Source: an uncultured Selenomonadaceae bacterium
GTDB lineage: Bacteria > Bacillota > Negativicutes > Selenomonadales > Selenomonadaceae
Length of the DNA stretch: 64,000 bases
Reading direction: 5' to 3'
Assembly: GCA_905236725.1 (NCBI GenBank)
Contig: CAJOCT010000001.1
Span: 9,646-73,645, forward strand
The notes under the pieces were generated by a model, which had not been told where the DNA came from, searched no databases, and worked only from the letters and a program-made list of their open reading frames with translations. The translations under genes and the position numbers were made by a program. Shown piece by piece: positions 36,673 to 44,962 of the stretch. The stretch's first letter is position 1; every line of letters starts with the position of its first letter.

Positions 36673-38028
36673 TCACAAATTTATTACTTTCAAATGTTTT
36701 GTGTAAAATCTGTACGCGAGAATTAAAAATATCATCGTGAAAAACCAACTGATGCCGTAAACTGCCATAAGTGTGTCGTAAGTCGGGATTTTGGGAAAGA
36801 CCGTAAAAACCCAAGTGATTCGCACGCCGCAGACGAAAATTAAAGTTATCATCGCGGGAGCCATTGAAATTCCGTAGCCGCGCAGACAGCCGGAAATAAT
36901 TTCCATGATGACGCTGATAATTTCCGGCGCGATTATGTACCAAAGGCGAATTACTCCCAGCCGAATGACTTCCGCGTCGTCGTTAAAAAATCTGATGAGC
37001 GGTTCGGCGAAATATAAAATTGTTGCGGAAAGAATCAGCATTAACAGCGTATTTATCCCGAGCGATACCCACATAATTTTTTTGCAACGAGGCAAATTTC
37101 CCGCGCCGTAATTTTGACTGACGAAAGTCGTTGCCGCTTGACCGAAACCGCTTGTTAAGCAAAAGACATTTATTTCAATCGTGAACGCCGCCGCAGATGC
37201 CGCCATTGCGTCCGGGCCGAGCGCATTTATCGCCGATTGAATCAGCAAATTTGACAGAGAAAAAACCATGCCTTGAATGCCTGCGGGCAGTCCGATTCTG
37301 ACAGTTTCTTTCAGGCAAGATTTATCGATTTTCATCGCGTGCAAGTCTAAGTGAATTATTCCTTCTGCCTTCAAAAGTTCGTGAAATAAAATTGACGCGC
37401 TGACTGCGTTTGCAATGACCGTTGCCCATGCAACTCCCGCAACTCCGAAATCGAATTGCAGAACGAAAATTAAATTCAAAATTATATTCAAAAAACTTGC
37501 GGCGGCGAGTGCGATCATCGGCGTTTGAGTGTCTCCGCGACTTCTGAAAATTGCCGCCTCAAAGTTATAAATTCCCATCACAGGTAAGCCGATTGAATAA
37601 ATTCGCAGGTAAGTTTCAGCCATCGGCGCGACTGATTCGGGGACTTGCAACCAGTCAAAAATCGGATTTACCAAAAGTTCCGCGGTGATTAAAAGAAATC
37701 CGCCCGTTATCAGCGCAAGCAAAAAAGCCGTATGCACCGCGTCATGCACACGCTCGAATTTTTCCGCGCCTATGCTTTGAGCGATTACGACGTTTGCGCC
37801 CAAACTCAAGCCCATGAACAAATTCACGAGCAAGCCGATTAAAGATGTGTTGTTGCCTACCGCCGCCATTGCATTTTTTCCGACGAATTGACCGAGTACC
37901 AAAACATCAGCCGCGTTTAAAAGTTGTTGCATAACCCCCGTCAACGCGAGCGGCAAGGCGAATAAAATTATTTTGTCCCAAAGTGAGCCGTTCAACATAT
38001 CAATGTCACGGCTTTTTTTCATAAACAT
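36673..38028 (-). CDS. MATE-family efflux transporter
   Basis: 12 predicted TM helices. N-terminus LWDKIILFALPLALTGVMQQLLNAADVLVLGQFVG is typical of MATE proteins. Confidence 0.85.
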   Translation of the reverse strand: MFMKKSRDIDMLNGSLWDKIILFALPLALTGVMQQLLNAADVLVLGQFVGKNAMAAVGNNTSLIGLLVNLFMGLSLGANVVIAQSIGAEKFERVHDAVHTAFLLALITGGFLLITAELLVNPIFDWLQVPESVAPMAETYLRIYSIGLPVMGIYNFEAAIFRSRGDTQTPMIALAAASFLNIILNLIFVLQFDFGVAGVAWATVIANAVSASILFHELLKAEGIIHLDLHAMKIDKSCLKETVRIGLPAGIQGMVFSLSNLLIQSAINALGPDAMAASAAAFTIEINVFCLTSGFGQAATTFVSQNYGAGNLPRCKKIMWVSLGINTLLMLILSATILYFAEPLIRFFNDDAEVIRLGVIRLWYIIAPEIISVIMEIISGCLRGYGISMAPAMITLIFVCGVRITWVFTVFPKIPTYDTLMAVYGISWFFTMIFLILAYRFYTKHLKVINL

Positions 38029-38042
38029 AATTCCAAAAAATT

Positions 38043-38675
38043 TTACGATTGCAAGTCAACAATCGAGCCGCGCAGGTCGTCATGGGCGTGCGAGTGATTT
38101 TTATTTTCGTCGCTCTTTGTCATTTCGGTATGAGTGAGACCGCCGGAAACGTAAACCCTGCCGCATTCCGGGCAAATATCGTTGTGCAAAGTGACTGAAA
38201 CTCTTTTGACTTCGCCTTCGCCGTTGCGTTCTTTTTCATAAGCGTTGGCAACGTGTTCATGCTCATGACCCAAGACGACGGACGCGGCAATACTCTGCGG
38301 AATTTTCGACGGCGTTTTGAAAGAAACGTCCATTTCGTCCGAGCCGTCTTTATAAGTTCTGCGCGCACAAGTTTCACATTCTGCGGGCGAAGATTTTTTT
38401 CCCATAGCCTTGTGAGTTGACGCGCCGGGATTTAAAACCACGCCGTGAGTATTTCCCGCCGCGTCGGTTTTGTCGTCCTTCTCAAAAAGATTAAAACTTA
38501 TCGGCGAATAGTTGTCGGCATTTTTAAAAAGTTCGCTGACATCTTCGGGAACTTTTTTTTCTTGCCGCTCATTTTCCTGAACAATTTCTGTCGGCGAAAA
38601 ATTTTTTTCTTGTCGAAAATCTGAATAAAAATTCGCGCGGACTTTTGATTTTTCAAGCCCGTAAATTCCCTTCAT
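38043..38675 (-). CDS. Putative zinc metalloprotein (HEHEH motif, two CxxC pairs; possibly SprA-related family)
   Basis: CETCARRTYKDGSDEMDVSF, GHEHEHV and CPECGRVYVSGG read directly. The family assignment is from memory only. Start moved to ATG 38675 (AAGGAGG SD). Confidence 0.4.
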   Translation of the reverse strand: MKGIYGLEKSKVRANFYSDFRQEKNFSPTEIVQENERQEKKVPEDVSELFKNADNYSPISFNLFEKDDKTDAAGNTHGVVLNPGASTHKAMGKKSSPAECETCARRTYKDGSDEMDVSFKTPSKIPQSIAASVVLGHEHEHVANAYEKERNGEGEVKRVSVTLHNDICPECGRVYVSGGLTHTEMTKSDENKNHSHAHDDLRGSIVDLQS

Positions 38676-38885
38676 AAAAATTTCCTCCTTAAAAATTACT
38701 GCATTTTTCAGAATTTCGCCAAAAGTTGACGCAAAAAACAACAATCGATTTTTTATTTTCGACTGATTTATTCTTTCAACGGCTTGATTTTCCTTTCGCT
38801 TAATCGTCAAGAGCAATTTTTTTTGTTGAAGGAAAAAATTTTTTTTATGGCGAATTTTACATAAAAATTTTTGGGAGGGCTTTTT

Positions 38886-39548
38886 ATGTTGAAGTTCAAT
38901 TTTTACGGACACGCTTGCTTTCAACTTGACGACGGCAAGTATAAACTTTTATTCGATCCGTTCTTGACGGGCAACCCGCTTGCTTCGATTAAAGCTGACG
39001 AAGTTGAGGCGGATTATCTTTTGGTGACCCACGCGCACGGCGACCACTCGGGCGACGGCTACGACATTGTTACTCGTACGGGCGCGACCGCAATCGGTAT
39101 CCCCGAAATCACGGACTTTGGCGGCGCAAATGTCAAAACTATCGGAATGAACTTGGGCGGCACTTTAAAACTGCCTTTCGGTTTTGTGCGAATGGTTCCG
39201 GCTCTGCACAGTTCCGGCATTCAAGGCGGGACTCCGTGCGGTTACGTCGTCGGAATCGGCGGGCAAGTTGTTTATTTCGCGGGCGATACCTGTCTTTTCG
39301 GCGATATGAAACTTATCGGCGAGCGCGACAAAATCGACTGGGCAATTCTGCCGATCGGCGATCATTTTACGATGGGAATTGAAGACGCGGCGAAGGCTGT
39401 TGAACTTCTCGGCGCGAAAAATGTTATTCCCGTTCACTACAACACTTGGGAAATTATCAAGCAAGACCCCGAAGAATTTAAAAAACTCGTCAAGGGCGCG
39501 AATGTTCATATCGTCAAGCCGGGCGAAAGTTTAAATTTAAATGCGTAA
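38886..39548 (+). CDS. UPF0173-type metal-dependent hydrolase (metallo-beta-lactamase fold)
   Basis: MLKFNFYGHACFQL...LLFDPFLTGNPLA...THAHGDHSGD. Start at ATG 38886 (GGGAGGG SD). Confidence 0.8.
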   Translation: MLKFNFYGHACFQLDDGKYKLLFDPFLTGNPLASIKADEVEADYLLVTHAHGDHSGDGYDIVTRTGATAIGIPEITDFGGANVKTIGMNLGGTLKLPFGFVRMVPALHSSGIQGGTPCGYVVGIGGQVVYFAGDTCLFGDMKLIGERDKIDWAILPIGDHFTMGIEDAAKAVELLGAKNVIPVHYNTWEIIKQDPEEFKKLVKGANVHIVKPGESLNLNA

Positions 39549-40338
39549 TCAAATAAAAGAAATCCCCGCAGAAATTTTCGACTTTGAAAAAATTTTGAGC
39601 TTAATGAAAAATTTGCAAGAAGAAAATTCGCCGCGCGAAAAAGTTTTTGTCATACTCGGTGCGACTTCTGCGGGAAAATCTTCATTGGCGATAAAACTTG
39701 CTGAAATCTTTCAAACAGAAATAATTTCCGCAGACTCAATGGCAGTTTACAAAAATTTCGACATCGGCACGGCAAAACCGACTGCGGACGAACTGAAAAA
39801 AATTCCGCACCACTTGATAAATATTTTGGACGCGGAGGAAAAATTTTCTGTAATGGAATTTGTGCGGCGTGCAAAAAAAATTATCGCCGAAATAAATTCT
39901 CGCGGAAAAATCCCGATAATCGCGGGCGGAACCGGGCTTTACATTCAAGCACTTTTGGAAGGCTACAAATTTTCTGACGATAAAACCAAAAGCCGCGAAA
40001 GTTTTTTTGCAGAAACGGGCGAATTGGTGTATAATGCGCGTGTTGTCGGGTTGACGATGAATCGCGCAGATTTGTACAAAAAAATCGACGAGCGGACAAA
40101 AAAAATGTTTTCCGCCGGTCTCGTCGAAGAAGTTCAAAAACTTTTAAGCGCGGGAGTCAAAAAAAATTCTCAAGCAATGGCGGGAATCGGTTACAAAGAA
40201 GTTGTCGAATTTTTGCAGGGAAATTTGACGCTTGAAGAAACTGTTTCAAAGGTCAGCCAGGCGACGAGAAATTTTGCCAAACGCCAACTTACTTGGTATC
40301 GGCGAATGAATTACATAAAATTTTTTAAACTTTGCTGA
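39541..40338 (+). CDS. miaA: tRNA dimethylallyltransferase
   Basis: P-loop GATSAGKS. ISADSMAVYKNFDIGTAKPT. HHLINILD. Conserved miaA-hfq order. The N-terminal ~30 aa extension makes the start uncertain. Confidence 0.85.
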   Translation: MRNQIKEIPAEIFDFEKILSLMKNLQEENSPREKVFVILGATSAGKSSLAIKLAEIFQTEIISADSMAVYKNFDIGTAKPTADELKKIPHHLINILDAEEKFSVMEFVRRAKKIIAEINSRGKIPIIAGGTGLYIQALLEGYKFSDDKTKSRESFFAETGELVYNARVVGLTMNRADLYKKIDERTKKMFSAGLVEEVQKLLSAGVKKNSQAMAGIGYKEVVEFLQGNLTLEETVSKVSQATRNFAKRQLTWYRRMNYIKFFKLC

Positions 40339-40389
40339 AAAGTCGGCGCAAGTTCGACTTAAAATATTTTTGTAAAGGAGTTTTCTGAA

Positions 40390-40716
40390 ATGGCAGGAAA
40401 AATTAGCAGTCTTCAGGACAATTTTTTGAATCAGGCACGCAAAGACGGCGTTCCCGTGACTTTGCACTTGGTCAACGGTTTTCAGATTAAAGGTCTGGTG
40501 AAAAGTTTCGACAACTTCACGATCGTTATCGACTCGATGGGCAAACAGCAACTGATTTACAAGCATGCAATTTCGACAGTCACCCCCGCCCGCACTGTAA
40601 GCCTCACGGGCGAAGACGGCGAAGAAGAAGTTGCAGTTGAAGAGCAACCCGTGGCGGAAGAACCGGTCAAGAAAAAACCCGGCAGACCCAAAAAAGTCGT
40701 TGCAAGCGGCGAATAA
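40390..40716 (+). CDS. hfq: RNA chaperone Hfq with acidic/AT-hook-like C-terminal extension
   Basis: Sm1/Sm2 core [42 protein letters not shown]...[12 protein letters not shown]. Tail is [30 protein letters not shown]. Confidence 0.92.
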   Translation: MAGKISSLQDNFLNQARKDGVPVTLHLVNGFQIKGLVKSFDNFTIVIDSMGKQQLIYKHAISTVTPARTVSLTGEDGEEEVAVEEQPVAEEPVKKKPGRPKKVVASGE

Positions 40717-40722
40717 TTTTAG

Positions 40723-41160
40723 TTGAAAAAAATGCGCGGCTTTGAAATTTTGGAAGGTTACGAGGGACGCGGAATAAAATTGCCGATGCGCAAAACCGCT
40801 TTCAGCGCGGGTTACGACCTTGAGGCGGCGGAAGATGTTTTGATTTCGCGGGAAAAAATTTCAATCGTGCCGACGGGTCTCAAAGCCTTTATGCAACCCG
40901 ATGAAGTTTTGCTGATTTTCATCCGCTCAAGTCTTGCCGTCAAGCATCAATTGATTTTGGCGAATTCTGCGGGAGTTATCGACGCGGATTATCAAGATCA
41001 TATTTTGTTGCCGATGATGAGTTTGGGCGAAAGTTTTGAGATTAAAAAAGGCATGCGAATCGCTCAAGGAATTTTTCAAAAATATTTGACGGTCGACGGC
41101 GATAAAATCGGAGTCGGAGAAAAAAGATTCGGGCGTTTCGGTTCAACCGGCGAATTTTGA
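40723..41160 (+). CDS. dut: dUTP diphosphatase
   Basis: SAGYDL, GVIDADY and the C-terminal RFGRFGSTG motifs. Start is TTG 40723 or ATG 40732. Confidence 0.85.
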   Translation: MKKMRGFEILEGYEGRGIKLPMRKTAFSAGYDLEAAEDVLISREKISIVPTGLKAFMQPDEVLLIFIRSSLAVKHQLILANSAGVIDADYQDHILLPMMSLGESFEIKKGMRIAQGIFQKYLTVDGDKIGVGEKRFGRFGSTGEF

Positions 41161-41169
41161 AATAAAAAA

Positions 41170-41209
41170 ACTCACAGCGTCGAAAAATTTTCGGCATTGT
41201 GAGTTTTTT
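41170..41209. terminator. Bidirectional intrinsic terminator (dut / ABC ATPase)
   Basis: Stem ACTCACA-N21-TGTGAGT with a flanking A-run and T-run. Confidence 0.55.
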
Positions 41210-41912
41210 ATTTTGTAAGCTCAATAAAAATTTCTTCAAGTGAACGACCTGCGCATAAATTTTTTATCGTGTCCAGCGCAACCAACTTTCCCGAATTTAA
41301 AATTGCCGCGCGATCACATAAAAATTCTGCTTCCTCGATGTAATGAGTCGTCAAAACTATCGTGATTCCGCGCGATTTTAAATTTTGAATCAGTTCCCAA
41401 ATTTTTCGGCGAACTTGCGGGTCAAGGGCGACTGTCGGCTCGTCCAAAAATAAAATTTTCGGGTGGTGAATCAGTGCGCGAACTATCAAAAGCCTGCGTT
41501 TCATTCCGCCCGATAATTTTTTTATAAAGTCGTTTTCGACGGATTTTAACTCCACGAAATTTAAAAGTTCGTCGATTATTTTTTTTCGCTCAATTTTCGG
41601 CAGGCGATGCAATCTCGCGTGAAGTTCCAAATTTTCCGCGACGGTCAAATCTTGATCGAAGTTTAAATGTTGAGGCACCAATCCGATAATTTTTTTTATT
41701 TCAAGTTCGTTGCCCGCCTGATTTAAATTTTCAAAAAAAATTTTTCCCGAAGTCGATTTTAATTGCATTGTCAACATTTTTATCGTCGTGGTTTTGCCCG
41801 CGCCGTTTTTTCCAAGCAATCCGAAAACTTCCCCGCGAAAAATTTCAAAACTCAAATCATTAACCGCCGTGAACTCGCCGAATTTTTTCGTCAAATTTTC
41901 AAGTCTTATCAT
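41208..41912 (-). CDS. ABC transporter ATP-binding protein (ABC-2/DrrA-like), no permease adjacent
   Basis: Walker A GKNGAGKTT, signature LSGGMKRR, Walker B LFLDEPT. Confidence 0.85.
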   Translation of the reverse strand: MIRLENLTKKFGEFTAVNDLSFEIFRGEVFGLLGKNGAGKTTTIKMLTMQLKSTSGKIFFENLNQAGNELEIKKIIGLVPQHLNFDQDLTVAENLELHARLHRLPKIERKKIIDELLNFVELKSVENDFIKKLSGGMKRRLLIVRALIHHPKILFLDEPTVALDPQVRRKIWELIQNLKSRGITIVLTTHYIEEAEFLCDRAAILNSGKLVALDTIKNLCAGRSLEEIFIELTK

Positions 41913-41916
41913 TTTT

Positions 41917-43134
41917 TTACGCCAACAACATTTTATAAAAATTTTCCGCGTGAGGGATGAGCGATTCGGTTAATTTCACGAAAGTTGAGCCGAAACTGAA
42001 ACCTTTCGCCACGTCATCTTTTGCGACCAAAGGAACTCTCGCAACTTCTTCGCCGTCATAATTTAAAATTGCGTGTCCGACAGTTTCGCCGCTTTTTATT
42101 CCCGCGTCGATAACTTTCGGCACGTCATAAACGACAGAGAAATTTTTTTCGTCCTCGCCTTTAAGCAAAGGAAAATTTAAATCTTCCTCCGCGCCGACGT
42201 GAACCGCGCCTTTTTTGCCGCCGCGAATGAAAACAACTTGTTCGATTTTATTTTTGTCCTGCTTGTAAATTTTTTCGACGCAATCAAAGCCGAAATCCAA
42301 AAGTTCTTTCGCGTCGATAAATCGAGTGTCCATATCTTTTGAATGCATAATTACCGCAATCAATTCGACATCTCCGCGTTTTGCGCTCGCAGTCATACAA
42401 CCGCCCGCCGTCAGAGTGTAGCCGGTTTTTATTCCGTTGACCCCGTCATATTTTCCGAAAAGTTCGTTTGTATTCAGCGCATCAACTTTATGTCCCGCAG
42501 GAAAAATCCAATGAATTGTCGCGTATTCCGTGCCGACAATTTCGCGAAACTCGGGAAACTTCATACAATAATCGGCAATTTTCGCCATATCTCGCGCCGT
42601 CGAAGTGTGGGCAGGATCGGGCAGACCGTTCGGGTTTGCGAAGTGAGTATTTTTGCAACCGAGTTCAACAAGTTTATCGTTCATCATTTCCACAAAGTCG
42701 GGAATATTTCCCGCAACAGCCTCCGCAACCGCGATTGCTCCGCCGTTATCCGAAACCAACATCATTCCCGTCAAAAGTTCGTGCGCGGTGATTATGTCTC
42801 CTTCCTGCAAATGCAAGTCGGAGTACTCGGTTTGCGCAACTTCTTTGGAAATTTTTATTTCGGTGCCCGGCGGAAGATGTTCGATTCCCAAAATGCACGT
42901 CAACATTTTTGTCATGCTCGCGGGCGGATAAATTTGATCAGCATTTTTTTCGTAAATCACTCGGCCGGTCGAACTTTCAATCACGATTACCGAATCTGAA
43001 TATAAAAGCGGCTCGGCTTGAACTTGGCAAGAAAAAATCAGTGCGGCGAAAAAAAATATTTTCTTAAAGAAGTTTTTCAACAATACACAACTCTCCTCAA
43101 AAAATTTAATTTTCGGCTCATTTATCGAAGTCAA
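41917..43134 (-). CDS. D-alanyl-D-alanine carboxypeptidase (peptidase S11, PBP5-like)
   Basis: SxxK (PASMTKMLT), SxN (VSDNGG) and KTG (IKTGYT) motifs. N-terminal signal/anchor. Confidence 0.85.
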   Translation of the reverse strand: MTSINEPKIKFFEESCVLLKNFFKKIFFFAALIFSCQVQAEPLLYSDSVIVIESSTGRVIYEKNADQIYPPASMTKMLTCILGIEHLPPGTEIKISKEVAQTEYSDLHLQEGDIITAHELLTGMMLVSDNGGAIAVAEAVAGNIPDFVEMMNDKLVELGCKNTHFANPNGLPDPAHTSTARDMAKIADYCMKFPEFREIVGTEYATIHWIFPAGHKVDALNTNELFGKYDGVNGIKTGYTLTAGGCMTASAKRGDVELIAVIMHSKDMDTRFIDAKELLDFGFDCVEKIYKQDKNKIEQVVFIRGGKKGAVHVGAEEDLNFPLLKGEDEKNFSVVYDVPKVIDAGIKSGETVGHAILNYDGEEVARVPLVAKDDVAKGFSFGSTFVKLTESLIPHAENFYKMLLA

Positions 43135-44359
43135 TCAGCGCGTTGAAAAATTCGTTCGTATACGGCAAAAGTTTTTGAATGTAATCTAAAGTGAGTTGCT
43201 GAAATTTATTGCCGTGATCCAGTCGGTGAGAAAACCTGCCTGCAAATTCCAAAATATCTTCCAAAGTCAAATTTTCCCGCTCGACTCCCGCCATGCAAAT
43301 TAAACCGAATTCAAAAAATTTATACAGCGTCGCGAACAAAAAATAATTTTGCATTAAACTTCCTTGAACTCGGCACGGATAAAGCCCCGCAATAAAATTA
43401 TGCACAAGGTAATTTTCCATTAACTGCGGATAAGGTTTTTTGACAAATTCTTCGTAAGCTGCAAAATTTTCGTCGTAAAGATGCAAAATCTCATCAGCCG
43501 GTTTTGAAATTTTTTCCGTCATTCCGAAAGCCAGCGGCACATATTTTGCAAAATTTCGCTGTTCCGCCGAATAATAAATTATCGCCGTGCCGAAAAGTTT
43601 TTCCATAAGCTGAAACATTATTTGAATAAACGCTTTTTTGTCGAAATTTAAAATTGAAAAATTTTTTTCCATTCGCTTAAAAAAATCTTCCGTGCGAAAT
43701 TCTTTCTCAAACTCTTCGACCATTTCTTCGGACAAATTTTTTAATTGGCGATCAATCATCGAAAGCATTATTCCCAAAATCGTCAGGCGTTTGTTGAGCG
43801 AAAAATTTTTGTTTTGCAAAATTTCTATGGCGATTTTTTCCAGCGGCAGTAAAAATTTTCGCGCAGGCATATCGCTTATTGATTGATGAAGAAACGCACT
43901 TGACCGCGAAGTTTTCAGCGAAACATCTCGAAATTTCAACGGCTTTGAATCAATCAGCGCAAGTTTCGCGGCAACGGGACAAAATAAACTCAAAGTTCTT
44001 GTAATCGCGTTTCCGATTACAAAAGTTCTGCGCGGAAAAACTGCGCAACTGTCCGCCAAAAAATCTTCGCCCAACTTTTTTTGAATAAAACACAAACTGT
44101 TTTCGCAAATCATCGGGCAAAAAAAATTTTCGTCGAGTTTCATTCTGTAAGTTTGCGTTTCCTGATTCCAGAAGAGACTGTCCAGAATTTCTTTCCGCAC
44201 GTCCAAATCTTGCAACATTCTGTATTTTTCAAGCGCGGTTCTGTCAATATCAATTTGAAAGCCCTTGCAACATTTTGCGCCGCACTTTTCGCCGTCGCAG
44301 GAAAAATTTTGAATATATTCCGGCTCAAAGCAATTAAAAATTTTTTCTGTTTCAGTCAT
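43118..44359 (-). CDS. FliB-like protein (flagellin lysine-N-methylase family, Cys-rich N-terminus)
   Basis: N-terminal FSCDGEKCGAKCCKGFQIDIDRTALEKY matches the remembered FliB/YkgJ-type Cys motif. 413 aa. Confidence 0.55.
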   Translation of the reverse strand: MTETEKIFNCFEPEYIQNFSCDGEKCGAKCCKGFQIDIDRTALEKYRMLQDLDVRKEILDSLFWNQETQTYRMKLDENFFCPMICENSLCFIQKKLGEDFLADSCAVFPRRTFVIGNAITRTLSLFCPVAAKLALIDSKPLKFRDVSLKTSRSSAFLHQSISDMPARKFLLPLEKIAIEILQNKNFSLNKRLTILGIMLSMIDRQLKNLSEEMVEEFEKEFRTEDFFKRMEKNFSILNFDKKAFIQIMFQLMEKLFGTAIIYYSAEQRNFAKYVPLAFGMTEKISKPADEILHLYDENFAAYEEFVKKPYPQLMENYLVHNFIAGLYPCRVQGSLMQNYFLFATLYKFFEFGLICMAGVERENLTLEDILEFAGRFSHRLDHGNKFQQLTLDYIQKLLPYTNEFFNALIDFDK

Positions 44360-44365
44360 TGTAAA

Positions 44366-44857
44366 TCACACCTCGATAAATTGAGGAACGATGTCGGCAA
44401 AAGTGCCGTCGGGCATGCGAAAGCCGCCGGGAATTGTTCCGAGTTCGGTAAAGCCCAATCGTTTATAAAGTTTTCTTGCGGGAATATTATTTGCAACAAC
44501 TGCGTTGAACTGCAAAATTTTGAAACCGAGTTCACGCGCTTTTTTTATGCAATGAGTGACGAGAATTTCACCGATATGTTTTCCGCGCAAATTTTTTTTC
44601 ACTGCGTAACTTGCGTTTGAAATATGAGCGCACCTGCCGACGTTGTTGGGATGAAGAATATAAATCGCCAAAACTTCGCCTGTGCTTTCTTCAACTGCAA
44701 GACCGGTAAAAGATTGCGCAGAAAAAAATTTATCGCCGCTCTTTTCGTCGAGTTCTTTTTCTTGCGGGAACGCCACGCCTTCGCGAACAACTTCATTCCA
44801 AATTTCAATCGCGGGAATAATTTTTTCTTTCGTGTAAGGTTCAACAATAACTGCCAT
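44366..44857 (-). CDS. GNAT-family N-acetyltransferase
   Basis: Acetyl-CoA motif LRGKHIGEILVTHCIKKARELGF...NIPARKLYKRLGF. Confidence 0.8.
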   Translation of the reverse strand: MAVIVEPYTKEKIIPAIEIWNEVVREGVAFPQEKELDEKSGDKFFSAQSFTGLAVEESTGEVLAIYILHPNNVGRCAHISNASYAVKKNLRGKHIGEILVTHCIKKARELGFKILQFNAVVANNIPARKLYKRLGFTELGTIPGGFRMPDGTFADIVPQFIEV

Positions 44858-44921
44858 AAAAAAACTCCTTCAAAAAAATGTTTCGACGCGTAAATTTATC
44901 ACAAGACCTGAACTTATGCAA

Positions 44922-44943
44922 CAAAAAACGGCTTAACCGCCGT
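44922..44943 (-). terminator. Weak intrinsic terminator after mrdA
   Basis: On the minus strand: ACGGC-GGTTAA-GCCGT followed by TTTTTT. Confidence 0.4.
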
Positions 44944-44962
44944 CAGTGTAAAAATTTTTACT

